Shown here in pieces: positions 17,465 through 26,141 of a DNA stretch of 64,000 nucleotides. The DNA lies in the NCBI GenBank assembly GCA_020849035.1, contig JADLHC010000110.1, forward strand, positions 5,269 to 69,268. Direction: 5' to 3'. Source of the stretch: Planctomycetia bacterium. GTDB lineage: Bacteria > Planctomycetota > MHYJ01 > WSZJ01. Position 1 is the stretch's first letter; each line of letters opens with the position of its first letter. A model generated the notes under the pieces. The model worked only from the letters and a program-made list of their open reading frames with translations, searched no databases and had not been told where the DNA came from. The position numbers were made by a program, and so were the translations under genes.

Positions 17465-18093
17465 CCGGGCTCCGTGACCGCCCCGAGGTGCGCCGCGAGC
17501 AGTTCGCGGTACCACCCCGCCGCCCGCTCCGCACGCCCGGCAAGGTCCTTCGTTCCCCACACGACCGACAGCGTCCGCCGCGTTCCCGCGTGCGTCTTCG
17601 TCCGCTGGCTGTCCTTCACCGGCCCCGCGCACGGCCCTTCGCCGTCAAACAGCATTACCAGACCCGCGACGTCAATCGTCTGCCCCGACGGGTTGAAGAC
17701 GTAGCTGGTGCCTTCGGGGGCGACGCGGATGCGGAAGGGCTCCTTCGCGAGGTCGAGGTCGACGACGCTGATCGGCAGGCCGGAGTGGAGAGAGACGACG
17801 TTGCACGCGTCCACGGCGGCGTTGATCGAGCGGAGGCCGCCCTCGGCCGCGGCGCGCGCGAGGTACTCCGAGGCGGGCTTGCTGCGGCCGGAGGGCTTGA
17901 AGCCGCCGTGGCGGAGGAGGGCGCGGACGGCCTCGCGGACCGCGTCGTCGGACTTGAAGGGCGCGGGGGCGTCGGCGGCGAGCAGCGCCGTCAGCGCCGG
18001 CGGCGGCGCGATCTCGCCGAGAGGCCGCGGGAGATCTGTGACGAAAACGGCTGCTTCGAGAAGCGGGTGCGGATCGCAGACGACGGGGTTCAT
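17461..18093 (-). CDS. B3/B4 tRNA-binding-domain-like protein
   Basis: SINAAVDACNVVSLHSGLPISVVDLD resembles the PheT B3_4 domain. Start MNPVV at 18093. Confidence 0.6.
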   Translation of the reverse strand: MNPVVCDPHPLLEAAVFVTDLPRPLGEIAPPPALTALLAADAPAPFKSDDAVREAVRALLRHGGFKPSGRSKPASEYLARAAAEGGLRSINAAVDACNVVSLHSGLPISVVDLDLAKEPFRIRVAPEGTSYVFNPSGQTIDVAGLVMLFDGEGPCAGPVKDSQRTKTHAGTRRTLSVVWGTKDLAGRAERAAGWYRELLAAHLGAVTEPG

Positions 18094-18160
18094 GGCCGGA
18101 GATGATGCGCGACCGCGCGCCCCGTGGACAGGTTCCGGGCCTGCGGTAGACTCGGCGTAT

Positions 18161-18177
18161 ATCCCCCCCGGGGGGAT
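18161..18177. promoter_or_regulatory. Putative CsoR/RcnR-type operator palindrome
   Basis: ATCCCCCCCGGGGGGAT is a G/C tract flanked by AT. It lies 13 nt upstream of the repressor ATG, overlapping a TATATC -10-like hexamer and followed by GGAGGA. Confidence 0.55.
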
Positions 18178-18189
18178 CCACGGAGGACC

Positions 18190-18456
18190 ATGAGACACGC
18201 CCATCGCCACACCCGCCGGACCGAGGCGGACCGCCGGCTGTCGCGCATCGCCGGCCACGTCGAGGCCATCCGCCGGATGATCCGGGCGGATCGCGACTGC
18301 CCGGAGCTTCTCGTCCAGATCGCCGCGGTCCGCGCCGCCCTGCGGCAGGTCGGACTCGTCGTGCTCAAGGACCACATCTCGGCCTGCCTCGGCTCTTCGC
18401 ATCGCCGCGCCGTCCCGCCCGCGCTCGCCGCCGCCCTCGACCGCTTCCTCAAGTAG
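18190..18456 (+). CDS. CsoR/RcnR/FrmR family metal-sensing transcriptional repressor
   Basis: RLSRIAGHVEAIRRMIRADRDCPELLVQIAAVRAALRQVGLVVLKDHISAC carries the family C...H..C ligand pattern. GGAGGA Shine-Dalgarno sequence upstream. Confidence 0.8.
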   Translation: MRHAHRHTRRTEADRRLSRIAGHVEAIRRMIRADRDCPELLVQIAAVRAALRQVGLVVLKDHISACLGSSHRRAVPPALAAALDRFLK

Positions 18457-18470
18457 CCGGAGAGACGCCC

Positions 18471-19451
18471 ATGATCCGCAACGCCCTCGCCCACACCGCC
18501 ATGAGCCTCGTCTTCACAGCGCTCGGCCTCGCCGCGGGCCGCTGGGCCTGGCGGGCGGCCCCTGCCGCCCCCGCGCCGGTCGCCGACCCGCACGCGCATG
18601 CCGCCGCGGTCTCGCCGCAGGCCCTTCGGAACCTCGGCGTGCGGACGGGAGAAGTGCGACCGTCGTCGTGGACGCGGACGGCGCGGTTCACGGCGGTGGT
18701 GGAAGTGCCGGCAGGCTCGCGGCTGGAAGTGCGGGCGCCGGCGGCGGGGACGGTGGCGGGGTTGAATGTCCGCCCGGGCATGGTCGTGGCGGCCGGGGCG
18801 GCGCTGGCGGCGGTCGGCGACGCGGCGGTGGCGGCGCCCTCGGGGCCGCCGGACTGGGACGTCGTGGACGTGCCGGTGGGCGACGGCAGCGCGGTGCGCG
18901 CCGGGGACGTGATCGCGGTGCTGTCGGACGCGCGCGCGGTGACGCTGCGGGCGACCTCCGCGGGCCCGGACGCTGCGATCCTCCTCGACGCCCTCAAGGC
19001 CGGCACGCCGTGCGGCGCGACGCCGCTCCTCGACGGCACCGGCCCCGTGCTGGCCGACCTGCCGCTCGTGGGCGCCGCGGGCACGGCGGACGTCCTCGCC
19101 GAGGCGCGCAACGAAGTCCTCTCAACCCGGGACGGCGGCCGCACCTGGGCGCTGCGGCCCGGGCAGAAGTACGTGCTGCGCGTGCCGGTGGAGACGCTGA
19201 AGCGCGCCTACGTGCTCCCGGCCGGGGCCGTCGCTTCCGACGGACCCGACAAGGTCGTGTTCCTGCAGAGCGGCGACACGTTCCTGATGCAGAAGGTCGT
19301 CGTGCTGCACCACGACGCGGAGGTCGCCGTCCTCGACGCGAAGGCCTCCGGCCTCGCGCCGGGGGACGTCTGCGTGCTGGAAGGGGCCCCCGCGCTCGCC
19401 CTCGCGCTGCGCGCGGGCGGCAGCACGATCGGCCACGGCCACCCGCACTAG
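18471..19451 (+). CDS. Efflux RND periplasmic adaptor (membrane fusion protein)
   Basis: N-terminal TM anchor and a beta-rich body. Position immediately upstream of, and abutting, the RND pump gene. The call rests mostly on context. Confidence 0.6.
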   Translation: MIRNALAHTAMSLVFTALGLAAGRWAWRAAPAAPAPVADPHAHAAAVSPQALRNLGVRTGEVRPSSWTRTARFTAVVEVPAGSRLEVRAPAAGTVAGLNVRPGMVVAAGAALAAVGDAAVAAPSGPPDWDVVDVPVGDGSAVRAGDVIAVLSDARAVTLRATSAGPDAAILLDALKAGTPCGATPLLDGTGPVLADLPLVGAAGTADVLAEARNEVLSTRDGGRTWALRPGQKYVLRVPVETLKRAYVLPAGAVASDGPDKVVFLQSGDTFLMQKVVVLHHDAEVAVLDAKASGLAPGDVCVLEGAPALALALRAGGSTIGHGHPH

Positions 19452-22400
19452 ATGCTCAGCGCCGCCATCGCCCTCTGCCTGCGCCACCGCGCGCTCGTCG
19501 CGGCGGTCGCGCTCGCCGTCGCGATCGCCGGCGCCCTCGCGGCCGCGCGCACCCCCGTGGACGTCCTCCCCGACCTCGACCGCCCCACCGTCACGATCCT
19601 CACCGAGGTCCACGGCCTCTCCGCGGAAGACGTCGAGCGCCGCGTCACGAAGCCGCTGGAGGACGCGCTCCGCGGCCTGCCCCGCTCGGTCCGCCTCCGC
19701 ACGATCTCGGGACGCGGGTTCTCGCTGGCGTTCGTGGAGTTCGAGTGGGGAAGCGACGTCGCCGCGGACCGCCGCGCCGTCGAGGAGCGCCTGCGCGCCT
19801 CCGCGGCGGCCCTTCCCCCGGGTGCCGTGCCGCGGATGGCGCCGGTGGCGAGCATCATGGGGCAGGTGCAGTTCGTGGGGGTGGCGAGCGCGTCCGGGGG
19901 GACGGACCCGACGGCGCTGCGGGCGCTGGCGGACGATCGGGTGCTGCCGCGGCTGCGCGCGCTGGAGGGCGTCGCGCAGGTGCTGGCGATCGGCGGCGCG
20001 CCGCGCGAGCTGCAGGTCGCCGTGGACCCCACGCGGCTGCGCGACCGCGGCGCGACGCGGCTGGAGGTCGAGCGCGCGGTTCGCGGTGCGGCGCCGGAAT
20101 CGGCTGCTGTCGCGGAAGCGCCGCTCGCCGGCGGCGCGCGCGTCGGCGACGTCGCCGAGGTCGGCGTCGCCCCCACGCCCGCTCCCCTCGGCCTCGCCGG
20201 CGTCAACGGCCGCCCCGGCGTCGTCCTCGTCGTCTTCAAGACCCCCGGCACCGACACCGCCGCCCTCACCCGCCGCGTCGACGCCGCCGTCGCCGAGGTC
20301 GCCGCCGACCTCGCTCCCACGCACCCCGACGTCCGCCTCGCCCCCGACCTCTTCCGCCAGGCCGTCTTCATCGAGCGCTCCGTCTCCAACGTCCGCAACG
20401 CCATCCTCCACGGCTCCCTCCTCGTCCTCGCCGTCCTCCTCCTCTTCCTCGCCAACGTCCGCACCACCGTCATCTCCCTCGCCGCCATCCCCCTCTCCCT
20501 CGCCGTCACCGCCCTCGTCTTCCGCGCCATGGGCCTCACCATCAACACCATGACCCTCGGTGGCCTCGCCGTCGCCGTGGGCGCCCTCGTCGACGACGCC
20601 GTCGTCGACGTCGAGAACGTCTTCCGCCGCCTCCGCGAGAACGCCCGCGCCGCTTCCCCGGCCCCCGGGCTCTGGATCGTCTTCCGCGCGTCCTGCGAAG
20701 TCCGCAACCCGATCCTTTTCGGCACCCTCCTCGCCGTCATCGTCTACGTGCCCCTCTTCTTCCTCAGCGGCATGGAAGGCCGCCTCTTCGCCCCCATCGG
20801 CCTCGCCTACATCCTCAGCACGCTCGCGTCGCTGGTCGTGTCGCTCGCCGTGACTCCGGCGCTCTGCCACGCGCTGCTGGGAAAGGCGTTCGTGGCGCGG
20901 CACGTGGAGGACACGGCGGTGGTGCGGGGGCTGAAGCGCGTCGTGGGGGCGCTGATCGGGCTGGGGATGTCGCAGGCGCTGCGGGTGTGGGCGCTGGTGG
21001 TGTCGCTCGCTGTGGTGGCGGGGGTGGTGCTGGCGACGCGGCCGCGGCAGTTCCTGCCGGCGTTCAACGAGGGGGCGGCGCAGGTGAACCTGATCCTGCC
21101 GGCGGAGACGACGCTGGAGGAGTCGGACCGGTACGGGAGGAAGCTCGAGGAAGTGCTCGTGGGAATCCGCGGGGTGAAGTCGGTCGGGCGGCGGACGGGG
21201 CGGGCGGAGGGGGACGAGCACGTGGACGGCCCGAACGTGACGGAGGCGGTGGTGACGTTCGACGAGGGGGCGGGGCGGCGGCGGGAAGAGCTGATCGAGG
21301 AGATGCGGGCGGCGATCGCGCGCGAGTTGCCGGGGCCGGCGTCCTCCGTCGAGCAGCCGCTGGCGCACCTGCTGAGCCACCTGCTCTCCGGCGTGAACGC
21401 GCAGGTGGCGGTGAAGGTCTACGGCGACGACCTCGAGGTGCTGCGGCGCGCGGCGGCGGACATCGCGGGCGCGCTTCAGCCGGTGCCGGGCGTGCGGGAC
21501 CTTTACGCGGAGCCCCACACGCTTGTCGAGGACGTCGAGGTTCGACCGGACGAGCGGCTCTGTGCGGCGGCGGGGATCGCGCCCGACGACGTGAAGGAGA
21601 CGGTCGAGATCGCGCTCGCCGGCGAAACCTGGGGGGAGGGCCTCCCCGTCGCCGTCCGGCTCCGCGGGACCGGCCGCCCGGACCTCGACGCCGTGCGCGA
21701 CCTCCCCGTGCGCGCCGCCGGCGGCGCCCTCCTGCGCGTCCGCGACGTCGCGACCGTCTCCACCGGCCGCGTCCGCACCCAGGTCCTCCGCGAGAACGGC
21801 GTCCGCCGCGCCGCGGTGCAGTTCAACGTCGCCGGCCGCCCCATCGACGCCACCGTCGCCGACGCCGCCCGCGTCCTCGCCCCCATCCGCGACCGCCTCG
21901 CCGCCTCGGGCTGCACCCTCGTCCTCAGCGGCCAGTTCGAGGCCCAGCAGTCCGCCGCCCGCCGCATCGCCGCCTTCGCCGCCCTCGCCCTCGCCGCCAT
22001 GGCCGCCCTCCTCTTCGCCCACTTCCGCTCCGCCAACCTCGCCCTCCAGGCCCTCCTCGCCATCCCCGCCGCCGTCGCGGGCGGCGCCGCCGCCGTCGTC
22101 GTCACCCGCCAGCCCGTCTCCGTCGCCACCCTCGTCGGCCTCGTCTCCCTCGGCGGCATCGCCACCCGCAACGCCATCCTCCTCCTCGACCACTACCTCC
22201 ACCTCATGCGCGACGAAGGCGTCCCCTTCGGCCCCGACCTCCTCCTCCGCGCCGGCCGCGAACGCATGGTCCCCGTCCTCATGACCGCCCTCTGCACCGG
22301 CATCGGCCTCGTCCCCCTCGCCCTCGCCCCCGACCAGCCCGGCCGCGAACTCCTCTACCCCGTCGCCACCGTCATCCTCGGCGGCCTCGCCTCCGCCACC

Positions 22401-22565
22401 CTCTTCGAGTTCCTCCTCACCCCCGCCCTCTTCTGGCTCTTCGGCCGCTCCCCCGCCGAACGCCTCGCCGCCCGCCGCGACCTGTCCCAGGACGCCCTCG
22501 ATCGCTTCCGCCCCTGGCTCGCCCCGTCGACTACAATCACACCCACCGGAGGCCCCCATGCGTAA
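19452..22565 (+). CDS. CusA/CzcA-family heavy-metal efflux RND transporter
   Basis: 1037 aa. N-terminus VDVLPDLDRPTVTILTEVHGLSAEDVERRVTKPLE is typical of HME-RND pumps. Repeated 6-TM halves. Confidence 0.9.
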   Translation: MLSAAIALCLRHRALVAAVALAVAIAGALAAARTPVDVLPDLDRPTVTILTEVHGLSAEDVERRVTKPLEDALRGLPRSVRLRTISGRGFSLAFVEFEWGSDVAADRRAVEERLRASAAALPPGAVPRMAPVASIMGQVQFVGVASASGGTDPTALRALADDRVLPRLRALEGVAQVLAIGGAPRELQVAVDPTRLRDRGATRLEVERAVRGAAPESAAVAEAPLAGGARVGDVAEVGVAPTPAPLGLAGVNGRPGVVLVVFKTPGTDTAALTRRVDAAVAEVAADLAPTHPDVRLAPDLFRQAVFIERSVSNVRNAILHGSLLVLAVLLLFLANVRTTVISLAAIPLSLAVTALVFRAMGLTINTMTLGGLAVAVGALVDDAVVDVENVFRRLRENARAASPAPGLWIVFRASCEVRNPILFGTLLAVIVYVPLFFLSGMEGRLFAPIGLAYILSTLASLVVSLAVTPALCHALLGKAFVARHVEDTAVVRGLKRVVGALIGLGMSQALRVWALVVSLAVVAGVVLATRPRQFLPAFNEGAAQVNLILPAETTLEESDRYGRKLEEVLVGIRGVKSVGRRTGRAEGDEHVDGPNVTEAVVTFDEGAGRRREELIEEMRAAIARELPGPASSVEQPLAHLLSHLLSGVNAQVAVKVYGDDLEVLRRAAADIAGALQPVPGVRDLYAEPHTLVEDVEVRPDERLCAAAGIAPDDVKETVEIALAGETWGEGLPVAVRLRGTGRPDLDAVRDLPVRAAGGALLRVRDVATVSTGRVRTQVLRENGVRRAAVQFNVAGRPIDATVADAARVLAPIRDRLAASGCTLVLSGQFEAQQSAARRIAAFAALALAAMAALLFAHFRSANLALQALLAIPAAVAGGAAAVVVTRQPVSVATLVGLVSLGGIATRNAILLLDHYLHLMRDEGVPFGPDLLLRAGRERMVPVLMTALCTGIGLVPLALAPDQPGRELLYPVATVILGGLASATLFEFLLTPALFWLFGRSPAERLAARRDLSQDALDRFRPWLAPSTTITPTGGPHA

Positions 22566-23283
22566 GCTCCCCGCCCTCGCCGTTCTCGCCGCCACCGCCC
22601 TCGCCGCCTGGACCGAGGACGCCGCCCCCACGCCCCCCCACGGAGGTACCTGGCTCGACGTCCCCGGCGCCACCGGGAAGTTCGAGATCGTCTGGGCGAA
22701 GGACAAGAAGTCCGCGACCCTCTACAGCCTCGACAAGGACGGCAAGACCCCGCTCGCCCTCAGGACGGCGCCCGAGGTCACCCTGGAAGCGCTCGACGCG
22801 AAGGCCCCGCTGCGCGGCCGCGCGCTCAACCTCAAGGACGGAAGCGCCTCCGAGTTCGACGTCCGCGTCCCGCCCGCCGGCGACGGCGTCCCCCCGAAGG
22901 AGCCTCCCCCCAACACCGGCCCCCACGGCGGCTCCTGGATCGACATCCCCGGCCACGATGCCCTGATCGAGTTCCTGCACGACCCGAAGAACGGCCGCGC
23001 CGTCGTCTGGTTCCTCGACTCGACCGGCGAGAACCCCTTCCCCATCGCCGACGCCCCCGAGTTCAACGTCGACACCCCCCTCGACGGCTTCATCCAGGTC
23101 ACCGGCGTCGCCGTCGGCCTCAAGGACGGCACCGCCTCCCGCTTCGACTTCGAGGGCGCCGACCTCGCCCAGCGCCCCCCGGGCGGCGCGAGCCGCTTCG
23201 CGCTGAAGATCGGCGGCAAGCCCTACCAGGCGCCGGTCCTGAACCGCGAGCACGGGCACATGCACGGGCCGAGGAAGAAGTAA
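22558..23283 (+). CDS. Secreted protein with an internal duplication and His-rich tail (candidate periplasmic metal-binding partner)
   Basis: Overlaps the RND stop by 8 nt. Signal peptide present. Two repeats begin PHGGTWLDVPG and PHGGSWIDIPG. C-terminus is EHGHMHGPRKK. Confidence 0.6.
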   Translation: MRKLPALAVLAATALAAWTEDAAPTPPHGGTWLDVPGATGKFEIVWAKDKKSATLYSLDKDGKTPLALRTAPEVTLEALDAKAPLRGRALNLKDGSASEFDVRVPPAGDGVPPKEPPPNTGPHGGSWIDIPGHDALIEFLHDPKNGRAVVWFLDSTGENPFPIADAPEFNVDTPLDGFIQVTGVAVGLKDGTASRFDFEGADLAQRPPGGASRFALKIGGKPYQAPVLNREHGHMHGPRKK

Positions 23284-23343
23284 GCGTCGCACTTCGTCGC
23301 CGACGGACGGCGGCGCGGGGGCGGTTGCGAATCTCCTGTCAGC

Positions 23344-23931
23344 TTACCTGGCGAACACGTCGGCGATGGCCGGGGCGAATCCCGGCAGGAGGACGCTCTC
23401 GAGCCTCTCGCCCACTGCAAAGAGGCGCGGAGCGGACGTCTCCTGGAGCCGGTAGGTATTCACCGTCGAGGTCGCGGGGTCCACGAACCAGTACTCGACC
23501 ACGCCGGCCTGCCGGTAGAGCTCCGGTTTCACCGTCACGTCGTTCTTCGCGGTTCCCGGGGAGCTCACCTCGACGGCCAGGTCCGGCGCGCCGTGCACGC
23601 CGTCTTCGTGGATCCTCGACGCGTGCTCCTCGAGGACGAGCAGGATGTCCGGCTGCACCACGGACGTGCCCGAGAGGTAGACGTCCAGCGGCGCAATCCG
23701 GAGTGCGCCCATCGGCCTGCGATCGAGATGTTCGCCGAGCATGCGGAAAAGCCGGCCGGCGACGACCTGGTGACGGTCGGAGGGACTCGGCGACCTGAAG
23801 TACTCCCCGTCGAGAAGCTCCCTGCGCGGGGCGTTCTCGGGAAGCGAGCGATAGTGGTCCGCATTGAAGGAGATGGACTGGAGCATAGCGCTGAGGGCGA
23901 TTTTAGCACCGCGGCGGTCCTCAGGTCTCAT
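23344..23931 (-). CDS. Uma2 family (DUF820) endonuclease
   Basis: SPSDRHQVVAGRLFRML...VVQPDILLV...APDLAVEVSSPGTAKNDVTVKPELYRQAGVVEYWFVDP matches the Uma2 PD-(D/E)xK pattern. Confidence 0.75.
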   Translation of the reverse strand: MRPEDRRGAKIALSAMLQSISFNADHYRSLPENAPRRELLDGEYFRSPSPSDRHQVVAGRLFRMLGEHLDRRPMGALRIAPLDVYLSGTSVVQPDILLVLEEHASRIHEDGVHGAPDLAVEVSSPGTAKNDVTVKPELYRQAGVVEYWFVDPATSTVNTYRLQETSAPRLFAVGERLESVLLPGFAPAIADVFAR

Positions 23932-24289
23932 CGAAGAAAGGCGGGGTCAACGAACGCCAGTCCGGATGTTCGACCCCAGGATCGGCGGGGCAGTCGGAAT
24001 GGCCCCAGGAGATTCCCGCATTGATTCGCGGCATTGCGTCCAGGTGACTGACGGTGATCGAAAGCGCGATGTTGTCGCTCGTGCCGAGTACGTCCCGCGG
24101 AAAGCCGCATTCGATCCCAAGCTCGAATGCCTGGAACGAGGTTTGAGATCCGACGGTGTGGCCATAGACATGGACCTGCAGGTCGGGGTGGCGCTTCTTG
24201 AGGACTTCCGCAAGTGCGTCCAGTTGCGGCCGGCACCGGGACTCCAGGTGCTGTGAGATCGGATGCTGAAGAAGTTCATCCTCGTTCAT
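23921..24289 (-). CDS. Hypothetical protein
   Basis: 122-aa reading frame from MNEDELLQ. Lower GC. Its end overlaps the Uma2 start by 11 nt. The ORF-track N-terminal extension looks like junk. Confidence 0.4.
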   Translation of the reverse strand: MNEDELLQHPISQHLESRCRPQLDALAEVLKKRHPDLQVHVYGHTVGSQTSFQAFELGIECGFPRDVLGTSDNIALSITVSHLDAMPRINAGISWGHSDCPADPGVEHPDWRSLTPPFFDET

Positions 24290-24577
24290 CGACGCTGCGA
24301 GTTTACCTCGACTCTCGCCAACCGCGGGACGGCTCGAAATCGCCCGCTGTCTGTCAGTACGCTTCCTCGTCATCGGCGGCACCGCCTGCACGGGCCCGGT
24401 CGAGGTCCGAAAGCTCGCGCAGGGGGGAAGCGAGTTCGCGGAGCTTCTGTGCGGCAAGCTGCAGGTGGGGCACCCGGCGGGCGTGACGGAGTCCCTCGGC
24501 GACCGGCACATGCTCGAGGAGCAGGCGGAACGCCCTCGCTCCTGGAAATATGAATCGACGGCTCCGGCCACAACGCT

Positions 24578-25219
24578 TCACAGCTCGCGCACGACCGGCG
24601 GGTTCACCGGCCGGTACGCCAGGTCGCAGATACTCGCGTTCACGTACGCCACGCCGCCGCGCTCCAGCGCGCCGTACGCCTCGTGGATGTGCCCGAACAC
24701 GTGCACGCGCGGCTTCACTCGCGTCGCGACGGCCTCCTCCAGCGCGTCGCACCCGGCGTCGTCGCCGCCCACCGTCCGGTCGAGGATCCCGCGCGGCGGC
24801 CCGTGCGTCACCAGCACGTCCACGCCGGACGGGATCAGAGCCCACTTCGCCGCCAGGTCCTCCCTCCGCTCGATGTTGAACGCCCAGTGGCAGAACTCCG
24901 GCTGCCACGGCGACCCCCAGAACCGCAGCCCGCGGATCTCCGCGCCGGCGTCCTCGAGGTACACGACGCCGGGGCAGTGCTTCTCCAGGATCTCCCGCGC
25001 GACCTTCGGCTCCCGCTCGAACAGCCAGTCGTGGTTCCCCGCGATCACGACCTTGTGGGGGAAGGGCCGCGCGGCGAGCCAGCGCGCGAAGGACTCGATC
25101 TCCGCGGGGCGCCCCATGCCGGAGACGTCGCCGGCGTGGACGAGGACGTCGCCCGCCGGCAGTTTCACCGCGGCGTGGTGGTTGTGCGTGTCGGAGATCA
25201 GGACGAGGCGGGTCGGCAT
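24578..25219 (-). CDS. Metallophosphoesterase (calcineurin-like)
   Basis: Motifs ISDTHNHH, HAGDVSG, IAGNHD, VFGHIHE. Confidence 0.85.
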   Translation of the reverse strand: MPTRLVLISDTHNHHAAVKLPAGDVLVHAGDVSGMGRPAEIESFARWLAARPFPHKVVIAGNHDWLFEREPKVAREILEKHCPGVVYLEDAGAEIRGLRFWGSPWQPEFCHWAFNIERREDLAAKWALIPSGVDVLVTHGPPRGILDRTVGGDDAGCDALEEAVATRVKPRVHVFGHIHEAYGALERGGVAYVNASICDLAYRPVNPPVVREL

Positions 25220-25283
25220 GCGGAGACGATGCTACGAAGCAGACGCGTTCCTTCCACGCCGGAAACGCGCGGCAACGGCCCGG

Positions 25284-25862
25284 CTACTTCACCCGCCCCG
25301 CCTCGCGCGCGTAAAACCGCATCCGCTCCGAGACCTCCCGCGTCCCTTCCATCTCCGCCCGCCCGCTCACCAGGAACGCCGCGATCTCCGCCGACTCGCC
25401 GCTCAGCTCCTTCACGCGCTGCCGCAGCTCCGCCGACGCCGCCGCGCGCCCCTCCAGCCGCGCCCGGCACAGCCACAGCCGCAGCGCCGCTTCCTGCCGC
25501 GACTCGTCCTCCGGCTTCAGCGCGAGCCGCGCCGCGAAGTCCTCCGCCGCGCCCTTGAAGTCGCCCGTGTCGTAGCGGGCGAGCCCGCGGCGCATGCGCG
25601 CCACCCAGTAGTGCGGCCAGATCCGGATCGCTTCGGTGTAGTCCTCGATCGCGCGCTCGAGCTGCCCCGCGGCGCGCCGCGCGTCGCCGCGCGCCACCCA
25701 CGCGTCCGGGTGCCGCTTGTCCGTCACCACGCGCATCGCCTGCTCGGCGTCCTCGCGCGCCCCGTCGCGCTCGACCGTCTCGACGCCCGCGAACCCGCGA
25801 GGCTGCGCGACCTCCGCGCCCTCCCGGCGAAGCGCCGACCGGTGCACGTAGGCGTCCGCCAT
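25284..25862 (-). CDS. TPR repeat protein (minimal extent; TPR-like sequence continues upstream to an in-frame TGA)
   Basis: TPR units such as ERAIEDYTEAIRIWPHYWVARMRRGLARYDTGDFKGAAEDFAARLALKP. The same frame upstream reads MRLALVVPAFVVTLSAISG-TGA-ATPAAP...; see the finding at 26052-26054. Confidence 0.6.
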   Translation of the reverse strand: MADAYVHRSALRREGAEVAQPRGFAGVETVERDGAREDAEQAMRVVTDKRHPDAWVARGDARRAAGQLERAIEDYTEAIRIWPHYWVARMRRGLARYDTGDFKGAAEDFAARLALKPEDESRQEAALRLWLCRARLEGRAAASAELRQRVKELSGESAEIAAFLVSGRAEMEGTREVSERMRFYAREAGRVK

Positions 25863-26141
25863 CCGCGGGCGGGCGGCGGCGGCGTCCGTGAAGCGCCCCG
25901 CGGCGGGGGTGAGGTCGCCGGAGACCTGGAGGGCGAGGCCGGCGTCGAAATGGGAGCGGGCGAGGGCCGGGTTGGCAGGGGGGAGGCCGGGGGCGGGGTC
26001 GGACGCCGAGGCGACCTGGAAGGGCGTGGGGACGGGGGCGGCCGGGGTGGCTCAACCGCTGATGGCTGAAAGGGTAACGACGAAGGCGGGGACGACGAGA
26101 GCGAGGCGCATACCTGACAGTGCGCATGCCCGCGGAGATCC

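Noticed and set aside
24354-24509. Possible 51-aa minus-strand ORF (VPVAEGLRHARRVPHLQLAAQKLRELASPLRELSDLDRARAGGAADDEEAY) downstream of the phosphoesterase
   Set aside because: It has plausible helical composition but only a GTG start, no Shine-Dalgarno sequence and no recognisable motif. The evidence is insufficient to report it as a feature.
25990-26054. Selenocysteine recoding of the in-frame TGA
   Set aside because: I could not draw a SECIS-like stem-loop downstream. No sel genes are in the window, and the only tRNA-Sec-like sequence appears defective. It is kept as a finding, but a mutation or error is the favoured explanation.
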